Source: Octopus sinensis
Lineage: Eukaryota
Length of the DNA: 64,000 bases
Reading direction: 5' to 3'
Assembly: GCF_006345805.1 (NCBI RefSeq)
Contig: NC_042997.1
Coordinates: forward strand, 206,708,001-206,772,000
Part shown: in pieces, positions 1-12,124 of the stretch
Position numbering within the stretch: position 1 is the stretch's first letter
How the letters are laid out: each line of letters opens with the position of its first letter
Notes under the pieces: model-generated
The model's input: the letters and a program-made list of their open reading frames with translations, nothing else
Database searches by the model: none
Told to the model about the DNA's origin: nothing
Translations under genes and position numbers: made by a program

Positions 1-45
1 GCGGCGGCGGCGGCGGCAGCGGCGACGATGATGATGATGATGATG

Positions 46-85
<40 letters not shown>

Positions 86-123
86 TATTTATTATTATTT
101 ATTATTAATAAATAAATAAATAA
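1..123. repeat. Compound microsatellite (GCG)n-(GAT)n-(GATT)n-(TTA/AATA)n
   Basis: Direct reading of the sequence. Confidence 0.95.
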
Positions 124-714
124 ATGCCCTGATGCAGTAATATTCCTTGATGCAGTACCAGGCAGTGGGTCTCGTGGCTTCTGATCTTAACTGATTGGAA
201 GTGTTATCATGTACATTGTTTTGTCTTGGTATAAAAGATGGGCTACAGCAAATATTCTGCTCAATACCACAGATTTGCTTGTCAGTTGTTTGACCTTAAC
301 CAGTTGACCATGTCTCCTAGTGGCTGACGATATGTGCATCTCTGATCACGAGCAGAAATAGTGGGGGAGCATCATAGCCATGTGTTGAGAGGGATTCTTT
401 GGGGTTTTAATAATTCACCTTTGGAAACATGGGTGCTTTGTTCAACATCTTTAAACAACCCTTATTCGGGGACCTTTGGAGTGGAATGGGTTACTCGACC
501 AGAAGAAAATTCTAACTGGGCCCCACCTGCAAGGTCATGCGCTGTCTATCTTGATATGAGATCACTATGTTGTGCACATATGGTTGCGAGGCATGTGCCT
601 GGTGTACCCTTATAAGACGGGTAGTCATGATGGGTATATTGGGCTTCGTATATTTTACCCCAGTGTCACTTTGATGGCATGCACTGCTCTCTCACTCAAT
701 GATAATAATAATAA
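124..714 (+). mobile_element. High-copy interspersed repeat with (AAT)n tail, probably a non-autonomous retroelement
   Basis: Non-coding ~590 bp block bounded by AAT-type repeats at both ends, ending ctcactcaatgataataataataat. I recognise it as resembling a common octopus repeat; family not assigned. Confidence 0.45.
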
Positions 715-729
715 TTTGATGAAGCCATT

Positions 730-1300
730 GCCCTTACTGTGAATGAATGCTCTCAACTTGCCCCTAACCAATATGAGTTGTGGTGACATGATGAGGTTGC
801 AAAAGTGCTGCATTGGAAAGTGTGAGGAAAGTTGGGGTTAGAGAGAAGCAAAACATGGTACAAACAGAAACCACAGAGAATCACAGAGTCAGAGACCTGT
901 AAAATCTTGTGGGATTTTTCAATTCAGAATGGGCCAAGTCCTTGAGTACAACAAGCCAGGCCTGGTCGTTGTGGACAAGGTGAACCACATGTGCTCTATA
1001 ACTGATGTTGCATACGCATTTGACCCACATTTAGTTAGGTGAACAAGTAGAACAATCCTCTTAAATATGCTGACCGTGAAAGAGGAGATAGTACTAATTA
1101 TATGGGGGCCCTGGGGACAGTATCAGAAGATATTAAGAGGAAAATGAGGACAGAGCGCCGAGTAGAGCTGTCTGCCACCTTGTCACAGGCCATTATCATC
1201 AAGAAAATATTCCATGGCTGAACAGAAGAGATAGCATGGTACCGTAGGCTGTGGATAGCAAGCCTCCAGGAGTTCCAACAAAACCTGAATTAAAAGAATG
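730..1300 (+). mobile_element. R4/Dong-type (RLE) LINE 3' fragment, decayed
   Basis: Broken frames give HDEVAKVLHWKVC, KILWDFSIQ, KPGLVVVDK, GALGTV (restriction-like endonuclease region). Confidence 0.7.
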
Positions 1301-1357
1301 ATAATAACTGATTCTGATAGGTAGACTAGACAAAGAGAGGAGAAAAAAATTACTTAC

Positions 1358-1591
1358 CATACGCCTCTTTAAAACTTATAATGTAAGTATCAGAGGTTTG
1401 TTGATGAACTGAAGAAATATCTCCACCAGAACTTCTTTCTCTGTCTCCAAAATAACTTTGAAGACTCTCAGAGCTGACATTTGAAGAAACGTTTTTCACT
1501 CGAACACTGTTTATTTCCTCAATTCTATCCACTTTCAGTTGATTTCCTTTTAAGGGGTTGTTTTGGCACAGCTTCTGAACATTCTCAAAAT
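1358..1591 (-). CDS. Third coding exon of the PARP14-like multi-RRM gene (end of RRM2, start of RRM3); gene continues beyond the window start
   Basis: Acceptor tttattgcag|AT at 1591, donor TATG|GTAAGT at 1358/1357. 234 nt, phase 1-1: DFENVQKLCQNNPLKGNQLKVDRIEEINSVRVKNVSSNVSSESLQSYFGDRERSSGGDISSVHQQTSDTYIISFKEAY. Repeats the LQSYF...RSSGG motif of the first coding exon. Confidence 0.88.
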
Positions 1592-2116
1592 CTGCAATAA
1601 ATACAATGAATGGAAATAAATAACAGATTAATTTCAACTCTTAAATGACTTTAGACGCACAAATTTAAAAATATGGAAAAAAAAAAAAACTTTGAATGTG
1701 TGCTGATGAGGTTTAATAAAGCTGAAATGGAACCATCAACAGATATTCTGGTAATAATAAACTATCCTATGATAAAACATGGTTACTCTTCTCGTTATCT
1801 AAATTCTACCGAAAGAAGACAAAAACTTTCTGACTCAAAAACTAAGTGAAAAAAAAAGAGACGTGATACTCTCCCCTGAAGTACATAGATTTTCCCTTCC
1901 TCTCTCTCTTCCCCCTCTCTCTCTCTTTCACTGCTATAATAGCAAGTCCAGCAAGCAACAAACACATGGAGATAGATTAAAATTTGGTAAAAGAATCAAA
2001 CTGAAGTCAATTTACTGACGTTTTAACACATTTTACTTTTAAATGATTTTGAGAATTCTTCAAATATGGAGATTTTAGCATTAAAATGCAGTTCCAATTA
2101 TTTAACAACTCCATAT

Positions 2117-2490
2117 AGGCACAGGTGTGGCTGTGTGGTAAGATGGTTGCTTCCCAGCCATATGGTTCTGGGTTCAGTCCCACTGTGTAGCACTTGGAAC
2201 AAATGTATTCTAATATAGCCTTGGGTTAACCAAAGCCTTATGAGTGGATTTGGTAGATGAAGACTAAAAGAAGCCATCTGTCTGTCTGTTAGTGTCTCCG
2301 TGCTTGTTGTAAATGAGTGTCCCTGTCATACAAGCAGTGTCCTTCATTTCCAATCTTCCTTAAAACATGTCTGGTCACTGGGAAACATTACCTTACTTGG
2401 AAATAGGTGAAGGTTGGCAACATGAAGGGCATCCAGCTGCAGAAAATCCAACTCATCATCAAATTTTGTCCAACCCATGCAAGCAGGGTA
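2117..2490 (+). mobile_element. tRNA-derived SINE (octopus OR/OK-like), decayed
   Basis: Head ggcacaggtgtggctgtgtggtaag...ggttcagtcccactg with Pol III A/B-box-like segments; similar heads at ~7240 and ~51930. Confidence 0.75.
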
Positions 2491-2879
2491 CTTTAGTTAA
2501 TGTTACTGATCCTTAAATGTAAAAGGTATTTCTATTTGATAAGTGATTTATGACAAAAGACAATCCAGCCACGACCATTCCAATATCTAGAATGGTAGCT
2601 TCTGTTTTGAAGAAGGCAGGGTGTAATGGGAGGGATACTTTCCTGCTATTTCTATCAGCCTGAGCAACTGTGTAAAGGTCTTCAGATCCTTAAAAGTGTG
2701 TATTTTAAGGTAGAGATGGGAATTTCAACATTTCTCGTCGGGGCTCATTCTTGTATTCTATGTAACAGCAGGAGAGGAAGGACAGGATTGCAGGAGAAGA
2801 GAGGGAGAGGTAAGCATAGTGCATGAAGAAGAGGAGCAGAGATGTAGTTTTGGTCTATTGAGGATGAATGAGTTAATGT

Positions 2880-3235
2880 TAGATAGGGGTGGAAGACACA
2901 GCAGTGGGGCGGACAGGTCTTCTCAAGAACCTTCTATTACCAGACATCACGATACATTGTCATCTTCAGATTGGCTCTCTCTTCCACAGCTGCCATCCCC
3001 TTTAAGCAATCAACACTTCTATATACAGCTATTTACATTCATACACATCACATGTCCAAACCAATGCAATCTTGTCTCTTGCAAGCAGCAATTGATTCCT
3101 CTTACGACCAACTTTTCTCTCAGCACATTTCCACTTTGTCATACATGCACACTGACGTTGCATATCCATCGGAGCATACTGCTCCCGTTGCTCTCTAGTC
3201 TATGCATGTCTTAAGTGACCACTTGGCAAAAAACT
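2880..3235 (-). mobile_element. RTE-type LINE 3' fragment
   Basis: Minus strand reads MHRLESNGSSMLRWICNVSV...LREKL...QETRLHWFGHV, the post-RT LRWxGHV region. Confidence 0.7.
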
Positions 3236-3279
3236 ATAAAGAAGGGAAACTGAATCAGTGCATGTGTTTATTATTGGCA

Positions 3280-5788
3280 CACTGACCCTCCCAAGACATG
3301 AAAAATATATTTTGTTTTATAACTGGCTGAATGACCTGGCATTAACTGAGTTACAGCTGTTCTTATTCAGATTAGCAAACAATAACTATAAAGATATATT
3401 GTAATTATTTCAAAATATCTATATTTTATTTTAAAATATCCAAATTGCAATGATAACAATACGTAACAAAACAACTTTTTTTGTCTGGTGCCTGGAATAT
3501 TTCAACAAATTCCTAAGTAATTTTTGCCTGCTAAATTCAAAAATAATTTCAGTTTTCCCCTAAGAGATCTAGTTTTCTAACCAGACCTTGTAGAGTAAGT
3601 ATTTTATTTATACAAGAGGCATATAATATGAATCAATAAAGAGAGCGTAACACAAAGCAAAACAAAGAATAAAAATTCAAAATTGAAAATGCACTTTGGC
3701 AAAGACTTTTGGCAGAAAATTCAAGGAATAAATTTACGCCTCTTTGTGCTCCGTGAATGCTGAGCAACAAGTGTATCTCATTTTAAACATCAGTAATAGT
3801 CTGCCATCATTGCAACTCTCCCAACAGCCTTGTTACCAAGTTCCCATCACCTTGATGTCTTGATGGAATTGTTCACCTTGTTCATCACTAACATCTCCAA
3901 GATTTTCAAGAAAAACAATCCAGGTGACTAAAAAGATAATGCATTTTATGCTCATATTCACGCCGACATCTTGAAAATTTGGTATGAAGTTGGTAACAAG
4001 GTCTTTATAGTTTTTGCTTTTGTGTTTCCCAAGGAAATTTTCTGCCACTTCTGCAAAGTCTAGCCAAGCTGATGTTTCATTTTTACTCATTTTCACGAAA
4101 TTTGCAGCTTTTAAGAGCTTACAGATCTGAGTTTTCATCAAAAATCTCTGCTTTAAGTTTGTCAATCATCAAGTCTGGAAATACACTGCAGATATACTTG
4201 AAGCACTCTCCATTTTTGTGAAGAGCTTTGACAAATTGCTTCATCAATCTGAGTTTGATGTGCAAAGAGGGGAAAATGATTTTATCTCCCTCAACTGAAG
4301 GTTCTTCCAATATATTGGCAGCTCTGCATGGAGCCATATTTGTTCAAGGCAGCCAGTCTTTCATAACATAATGATTTACTCGGTCTCTACTGCCCCACAT
4401 GCAAAGAAACCATGGGTATTTGGTATGACCAAATTGCTGTCTGATGTGAAAATTTACCATCTTTAACTCAACACAGATGACCCACTTATGGTCATGATAC
4501 ACTATCTTCTCTAAAACCAACTTAATTTCTTCATATTTTTCCTTCAGAGCTGTTGAGTGGCCGAGTGGGACAGAGCCATACATATCTCTGTAGTTCAACA
4601 AAACACATTTTAAACTATGCTTAGAGCTGTCTATGAAAGGACGCCATTCCTCTGGTTTGTATTCCTCAATGCCAAGTTTATTAAGAAGTCCACTGACATC
4701 TCTGCGGTAAACCAGCTCTTCCACTTTTGTGAAAAAAGAAAGAAGCTCTTTATGCTAACTCTAATAAAAGGTTATATGGACACCGTTCTCTAGAAGATTC
4801 TTCTCTTTCAGTTGGGAAGCCAACAGTTCTGTAGAATGTTTTGGGTGGTTCAAGTCACAAACTAGATCATTCAGCCCTACCTGCAAGAACAGCGGAAGTA
4901 AAGTCTTAGCTGAAAAGTCTTGATCTCTAGTGTCATCTTCAGGTGATGAACCATCTTTGAGTGAAGTTATCTGAGCCAAGACATTGAAGACAGGAACAGG
5001 AAGCACTTCACTGTGTGGAACTGGTCTAATAGCAGAGGCAAGACTAGGATACACAAGTGTTTCTTAATTTTTCCAGTTAATACCCTTCAAATTTAGGTTA
5101 CAATAATAGTAGTCATCCACATAATTATAGGGCTCAATAATGTAAAAACTAAATCTGATAGGTCAAAATGTTTATATCTGGATTCAGGAGATTGATTTTG
5201 CATAGGAATGATGTCTATTTCCTAAACACCAAAAACCTTGTAAACCAGTGTAATAGAAATTAGAACTATAAACCTGTCAATGTTGAAGCACCTCACCAAC
5301 ACAGCAAAACACACAAAGTTCAAGCAAACTGGAAAATGTAGTCTATATAGGTGCAAAACATACTTTCTGTTGCATAGTTATGGTATGAGAATTTTTTTAG
5401 TAAATATTTTGGAAAGAAATATTCCAGCATCAGAAAGTCATCAATTCAGAAAAATTACAGTTAATGTTAAGTTTGAAGTAAACAATAACCAGATGGTTAA
5501 TGTTTCCTTTAACACCTGACCATCAAAACAAAAACAAAACAAAGATAACAAGAGTATGTAACAAAATGTGTAGTAAACGAATCTGAAAACAAAAATTTGC
5601 ACCAATGGACCAGGGGGTGGGGAGAGGACTTTTGGAAAATTCACACAATCCGGTTTTTCCTCACATAACTTTTAGGGAAATGGATATCTTTCAATGAAAT
5701 TTTATATAAATAATTTTCAAATGAAATAGATTACAATTATAAAGAAATTTGTGCTCAAAAGTTTTTCCCAGGACTGAATGTGACAGTG
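3280..5788 (-). mobile_element. Chapaev3-like (CMC) DNA transposon with frameshifted transposase
   Basis: Consecutive minus-strand ORF pieces 5054-3833: YPSLASAIRPVPHS, LNDLVCDL..ELLASQLKEKNLL, EWRPFIDSSKHSLKCVLL, SLHIKLRLMKQFVKAL, AWLDFAEVAENFLG, LGDVSDEQGEQFHQDIK. Imperfect CACTG...CAGTG termini at 3280 and 5788. Family assigned from recalled motifs. Confidence 0.7.
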
Positions 5789-7234
5789 AAGAAAGTCAAG
5801 CTCCAAGGAACTTCAGAAGGCAAAATTCAATTTTTCATACAAAAATAATTTATCATTTTAGCATTTTTAAATGAACACTGAACAAAGTGTATACAAAGGA
5901 ATATGGTGCTGTTGTGAACATTAATTAATTTAAAATATTTGCAGAAGTATGTATGCAGCATAAATTAATTTGACATCACTTACTACATATTTTAACTGTG
6001 TAAGGTTACAAGCTGTAGAATAAATACTGACTAACAGAGTAGAAAAGTTGCATGGCGTTGAATACGCACACTAATAAAGCAACATAGCAGAAATACAATA
6101 AGAACTCTCGGACTGTTAAACAAGCATTACCTTCAAACTGGTTATAAGGACTGGAATAACATTTCAATAATTATATTGAAGAAGTCACTAAGGCTTTCTA
6201 CTTCTCTGAGTTTCTGCATTCATTATAATAACCAGAATAACATTTTTTTTTCAGATATATCTGCAAGTGTTGTGAGAGCTGTCAAATCAGCCAACTCTTC
6301 ATGTTGGTTATAAAGATCAGAATATTGTTTCAGCACATTACTGATAATTGTAAATACTGTTTAAACCGCAACACTCCATAATGAAAAGGAAAATCCAAAC
6401 AGTGGTACTTCAAGGTAAACACTATTGTTCATTCAACATCCAGGCGGCAATGAAAATAAACTCTTTCAAAATCAGTGCGTTTCCTCAAAAATATCACACA
6501 TCCACTCGCACACACATAGACTCTGACATACAGTGACATACATATATTAAGACATGAGTGTATGTGTGTGTAAGTCGTCTCAAACACATATACTTGTTAG
6601 TCATCAGCTTAACATATGTAAGGAACATGCAAACACACACACACTGGCAGACACATACTCATATAGAAAATGTGACATCGTCATCATCGTTGTCATGGTA
6701 TAAAATGTCCTTTACAATAGTTGACTTATAAAAAGATTATGATGTCAAATTTTTGTAATGTAAACATGTAAATGAAAATAAAGTTTAGTTGGTAGCTAAA
6801 AGATTACTGAATTTTTTGATACCCCATATGTCAACACTGGCAACTCAGTTTTCGAATGCATAAGGAACACACACACACACATGCACACATACAAACTCTC
6901 TTTATATATATATATATAGATATTATTCTGTAATATGCATTTACAAGGTAAAGACTCAGTTTTCTTTTTGCTTTAGATAGAAATTACATTTGTAACAAGT
7001 TCACTCAATCAATCAAACAAAGATGGTAAAATATTCTATTTACTTTCCCTCTTTCCAATGTTTAGAAACTGAAGGAACGGTCAAATACTGGAATCAGTTT
7101 CGCTGATAAAACATCATCTCTAATATTTCTGATTTCCTGCCTGATAACCATCATTCCTGACAAATTTCTTCCTTTCCTGATAAATGTAAGAAACCAAAAG
7201 GCAAAATCTGGGAAGAAATAAAAGATATAAACAG

Positions 7235-7620
7235 GTGCAGACAAGGCTGTGTGGTAAGAAGTTTGCTTCCCAAACACATGGTTCTGGGTTCAGTCCCACT
7301 GTGTGGCACCTTGGGTGAGAATCTTCTACTGTAGCCTCAGTTCAACCTAGGTAGTGTGAATGGATTTGGTAGACGGAAACTGAAAGAAGCCCAGTATGTG
7401 TGTGTGTGTCTTTGTGTCTGTTATCCGCCACTGCTTGATGACTAGTATCAGTGTGTTTATGTTCCTGTAACTTAGCAGATCAGCAAAATGAAGTGATAAA
7501 ATAAGTTACCAGGCTTACAAAAGTGAGAAGCATTGGGGTCGATTCTTTTGACAAAAAAAGATCTTCAAGGTGGTGCCCCAGCATGGCCTGAGTCATTAGA
7601 CTAAAAGAATTAAAACATAA
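7235..7620 (+). mobile_element. tRNA-derived SINE
   Basis: ggctgtgtggtaagaagtttgcttcccaaacacatggttctgggttcagtcccactg head, (GT)n, and 3' module ending gactaaaagaattaaaa. Confidence 0.75.
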
Positions 7621-7696
7621 AAAATATATGAATCCTATTAACAAAACAAAATCCAAGAAATCTTTTTCAGAACAAATCAAACTTGAAGAAACTTAC

Positions 7697-7933
7697 CAAT
7701 TTCACTTTGGCAATACACAAGAAAAGTTCCAGGATTTCTTCCAAAGAAGACATGTACAATTTTTAATTTTATTGTTTTTTCCAAAAAATCAATTAACATT
7801 TCTTCAGACATGTCTTTGGGGCCATTTGACACAATCATTGCATCTTCTTGCCAGACTAGATTTTTATACCAGTCCACTTGAAGTTTATGTTTGTTTATAT
7901 AATGAACCTTCTTTTTGGCGACATTTTCTGCAT
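7697..7933 (-). CDS. Second coding exon of the PARP14-like multi-RRM gene (end of RRM1, start of RRM2)
   Basis: Polypyrimidine acceptor cttttgattttcag|AT at 7933, donor ATTG|GTAAG at 7697/7696. 237 nt, phase 1-1, open in frame with the upstream exon: DAENVAKKKVHYINKHKLQVDWYKNLVWQEDAMIVSNGPKDMSEEMLIDFLEKTIKLKIVHVFFGRNPGTFLVYCQSEI. Confidence 0.88.
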
Positions 7934-8483
7934 CTGAAAATCAAAAGAGCAGAAGAAATTGAGAAAATGTCATTATTTATGAGTGGAGGGTATGGTTGTG
8001 TTGGTGTAGAACCAGGTCAAAGACATTCCGACCATAAACACCCCCAAGTGTCCTTCCTTGTTTAAGATGTTAGGTGTTACACGAAGAAGATTTAACTGCC
8101 TTTTCTAGCAGATCAAGTCGTCACTTAGAGGCCCCTTTGTTTGCTCTATAGCCGAGAGGATTATGAGGTTCCCTGTACAATTAATTGGTTCTAGTTCAAT
8201 CCCACTGTCCAACAGCACCTTGAGCAAGTATCTTCTACCGCAGCCTCAAGATGACCAGAGCCTTGCGCCTGATATTTGGAAGAGAGAAACTGTGGACATC
8301 ACAGGATTTGTGTGTGTGAGGTATCGCCAAAAGGCAATACTTGGAGGAGGCAGTACTCAATAAAAAGCTTTATAACTAGCAGACCGTTATGTAAATAGAG
8401 AAAGATTCTTCGGATTTGAGGTGACCTGTTGTCATCAAACATCAAGGCAACATCCCTGCTGATTAATATAGAATGCAATAATT

Positions 8484-8530
8484 ATGATGATGATGATGAT
8501 GATGATGATGATAATGATGACGATGATGAT
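8484..8530. repeat. (GAT)n microsatellite
   Basis: Direct reading. Confidence 0.95.
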
Positions 8531-8532
8531 TT

Positions 8533-9860
8533 CTTTTATTTGCCACAGGGGCGTAAGTGAGGAGCATTACTCGGACATTTTGCAATCTGTGTGTGTGGGG
8601 GGAGGGGTCACATAAAGGATGAAGGGAAAGAAAGCACCAATCAATGAACCCCACAGATCCAGGATCACCCTGACCATGAAGGGCACGAGTCCTCACCCCG
8701 GTGTTGTTCTCCACTCACCAGGTGCATGCCTAAAGGAGCTTCATTCACCCTAATCATTCTTACCAGTCAGCCACCTTCCCTCTCCACCCTCACTTTCTTT
8801 TCCAAATGGAACTTTAAAAAAAAAAAGGGATGTGGGTTTAACTGAAGTGGAAGGTGTCTTTCCTTAATTTTTTTTGGCCTCGTCCACCACACAACCCCTT
8901 TCTCTAGGGAGAGAAACATCATCTGCCCTGCTTTCTTAAAGGTCAGTGATGGGGTAATCCTCAAAACAGACTCAACTCATAGCCAGATCCTTCCTATATG
9001 TGCCAACAGCTGTTCAACATGACTCTGCAGATCAGAAATGCTTGAACACTGTACGAGGGCATCTCAGCCAGTCCCATCCATAGAGTTTATGCCAGCGCTG
9101 CTCCTCGGTAACCAGACCAAGAATTTCTGGAAACTACCTGTGTTAATTCCTGGCCTGAACGTCCTCCAAAGCAGACCAGATGCTTCATACTGGTCAACGC
9201 CTAATGTTTTCCTGAGAATGTCATTGCTCTTTCCTGCCAATAGATTTCTATATATTGCTAACATAGAACTTCCATGACCACAATACTTGATTGCCAGTGA
9301 ATGCCAGATGACATTCCAGATGCCATGACTCTAATCCTGGTCTTTTTTTTCTTGATCCCAGACTGCAGCTTCCACCCATCCCCCCACTTTTTCATGCTAG
9401 CATAAGTTAGACGGAGACTTTAATTTACAAAGGATTTCACAGAACAATATTCGGAGAGAGGGATCATGTGTTTCTCTATCCATATTTCATGCCTCCATTT
9501 CCTGTATCCTAGTTTGGTAGACTCACTTCTTCCATAACATTCCATTATGGCCCTTTTGTCATTCTGAGATCATCTTCTTCTCAACTTTGCAGAGGTATTC
9601 GAATAAACGACAAGTTCCACCTGGATGTACAGTAGGTCGCAAAAGGCTTTTACTTGGGGATTCAGTGTTGTGATGATAATTTTTGTTTGGCATTTCACTC
9701 ATAAAGAGGACTGTGGTGTTTCAACCAAAAGCAACCATCTCTAAGGCAAAAGAGACCTACTTCCCATTGTCGTAGACCTAACCCAACAAAGGGGTCCTCT
9801 CTATCTTCTCTGGTCTCGGCAGGTACACGATGTCATATCTGAGCCCATTAAGTCTTTCGT
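8533..9860 (-). mobile_element. Tx1/L1-clade LINE 3' fragment, decayed
   Basis: DILRKTLGVDQYEASGLLWRTFRPG and LTFKKAGQMMFL...VWWT...KFHLEKKVRVER align with the element at 48515-50760; similar 3' end (ccctgtggc..aataaa). Confidence 0.7.
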
Positions 9861-9861
9861 T

Positions 9862-10500
9862 TAATTATTCTGTTGTACAACCAACATAAATCAAGTTGTG
9901 TTTCGTGCATTCTGCCACGTACGCCAAATGGGAATCTCCACATGTCCCACCGTCTGTAAAAATCATAACATTTCTGATATGATTCCTGACAGAATTCACT
10001 TGACCCATATTGTTGCACAATGAACAGGGATTACCTCTCTTGTGGCTGTTTTTCAAGGTACAGCATGCACATATTCCAATGTACATTTTCTTGGAGTCAT
10101 AAGTAGCGGTCAATAATTCTCTTATATTCTTATTCCGTCTAAAGGTTACAATAGGAGGCTGAGGATGTATCTGTTTGAAACGAAGACATTTGTTCACCAC
10201 ACACTGGTGACTTCTATGCATCACTTTTGAAAGGCCAGCAAAATTTCAGTACCGGTTATTCACTAAAGGAATTCAATTGTAATGTGTTTGTTAAAATTAG
10301 GCATGAAGGTTTGACTATCTTTCCTAAGCTTAGCTATTTCATTTGCTATTTCCTTTAATCGTGATTCACTATAACTGCAGTTGACATAACGATGCACAAA
10401 AGCATTTGCATGTTTCCAGTAATCCCCTATGTCAGTACAAATGCTTAAAGACTGATGATGTCATTCCATCAATGTGTGGATGCTGGTTGTTCTCGTTCAT
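9862..10500 (-). mobile_element. Penelope-like element fragment (RT thumb, Cys-rich linker, GIY-YIG start; Neptune-like)
   Basis: ORF 9865-10224: PPIVTFRRNKNIRELL, CCTLKN..PCSLC, HLAYVAECTKHNLIYVGCT. Confidence 0.8.
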
Positions 10501-12115
10501 ACTTTAAACTTAAATTACTATAATTCTGAATTTTTATCACTTCTTATTTTGAACTTGACAAAGACAGGATTACTGTATTGAAAGTGTTCTGCATAGGATG
10601 TGTGCAGTGCCTAGTTGTGCTATTTTCTCTACGTTATATATACTTGTAAGCCCTGGTGTTTTTGTTATGTACTTGTCTGAATTTTTTCTTTTCATCATAG
10701 CTAATGCACCTACTATGATAGGAATTGTTTCTGTTTTTAGATTCCATATTCCAGGGCTTTGCATTTTGAAAGTTTCTCCCTTTCTGTTAGAGACACGTTG
10801 TCATCTGCCGGTACTGATACAGCAATTAGAAAGCATTTTTTTTTCTTCATGATCTCTGACAACTATATTCAGCTTATTGGCTTTAATTTCTCTATCTGTG
10901 TGTATTGGCATATCCCAGAGTATGGTTGCTTTCTCGTTTTCTGTGACCTTTTCTGGTGTGTGCCTATACCATCTTTTTTCTGTTGTTATTCCATAGTGCT
11001 GGCATAGCTTCCAGTGTATGTAGGTCCCAGCTCTGTCGTGTCTGTGAATATATTCCTTCTCAGCCAGGACTGGGCAGCCAGAGATAATACGATTTATTGT
11101 TTCTTGTCCATCTCCACATATTCTGCAGTTACTTGTTATATTTCTTTTCATTACATGTTTTCGGTAATTTCTGGTGGGGAGGCTTTGGTCTTGTGGTGCA
11201 GTTAAAAACCCCTCTGTCTCTGCTTTGAGTCCTGAGCTTCTCAACCATTGCTGGGATTTTTCTTTGTCTATTTCTTTTGCAATTAGTTTAGTCCAGTATT
11301 TGCCACGAATGAGCTTTTCTTGCCATCGTTTTATCATGGTTCGTTGCTGTTCTATTTTTAGTTTGGATTTCATTTGTTTTATAGCTTTTGTTGTTTCTTC
11401 TTCTTCTTCTTCTTCTTCTTCTTCTTCTTCTTCTTCATATTTGTTAGGTGGTATGATTTCTTGTTTGTATTTGTCAGCTTCCTTAAATACTGAGAACAGT
11501 TTTTTGTTTTGCTCGTGTTTTTTCCGCTATTTGTATCAGTTTTCCTTGCTTCTGAAGTAGATATTTTTGCAGTCGTATGGTGGTTATTTTTTAGAAGTTT
11601 TCCAGCTGTATAAGGCCTCTACCACTTTCTATATGTTGTATATATAGCCTTTCTATGTCAGATTTTGGGTGATGCATCCTAGATCCTGTCATTATTTTTC
11701 TTGTTTTCCTATCTACTTTGATCAGTTCATTTAATGTCCAGTTAAGGATATTGTAGCTGTAACTTATAACTGGGACGGCTAAAGTGTTAATACCTATTAT
11801 CTTGCTTTTAGCATTGAGCTCTGTTTTCAGTATTGATCTAGCTCCTCTATGATATTCTTTTTTTATTTTCTCATTCATTTGTGTGTGTTGTGTCTTATCT
11901 AGTTCATGGACTCCTAAATATTTGTAAGTTTGGCTTTGGTCTAATTCTCTTATTTCATTTGCTTTATCTAGTGTGATGTTGCTACTCTTACCTAGTTTTC
12001 CTCTTTCCAGGGTTTCTTTAGTGCATTTTTCTAATCAAAATTTCATATCTATTTCTTTGGTAAATCCATGAACTGTCTTTTGTAGTGTTTCCAGCTGTTT
12101 GTCATTTTGTAGCGT
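10500..12115 (-). mobile_element. R4/Dong-type (RLE) LINE 3' half with internal (CTT)n at 11395-11436
   Basis: ORFs 11591-11878, 10801-11373 (LKAETEGF, CRICGDGQETINRIISGC, HDRAGTYIHW, ILWDMPIHTD) and 10570-10764 (IPIIVGAL). Confidence 0.88.
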
Positions 12116-12124
12116 ATAGTTTTA

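Noticed and set aside
1703-1730. CTGATGA-GGTTTAATAAAGCT-GAAA hammerhead-like string near the exon acceptor
   Set aside because: No stem III/NUH site or stem I partner and no Penelope context; could be chance
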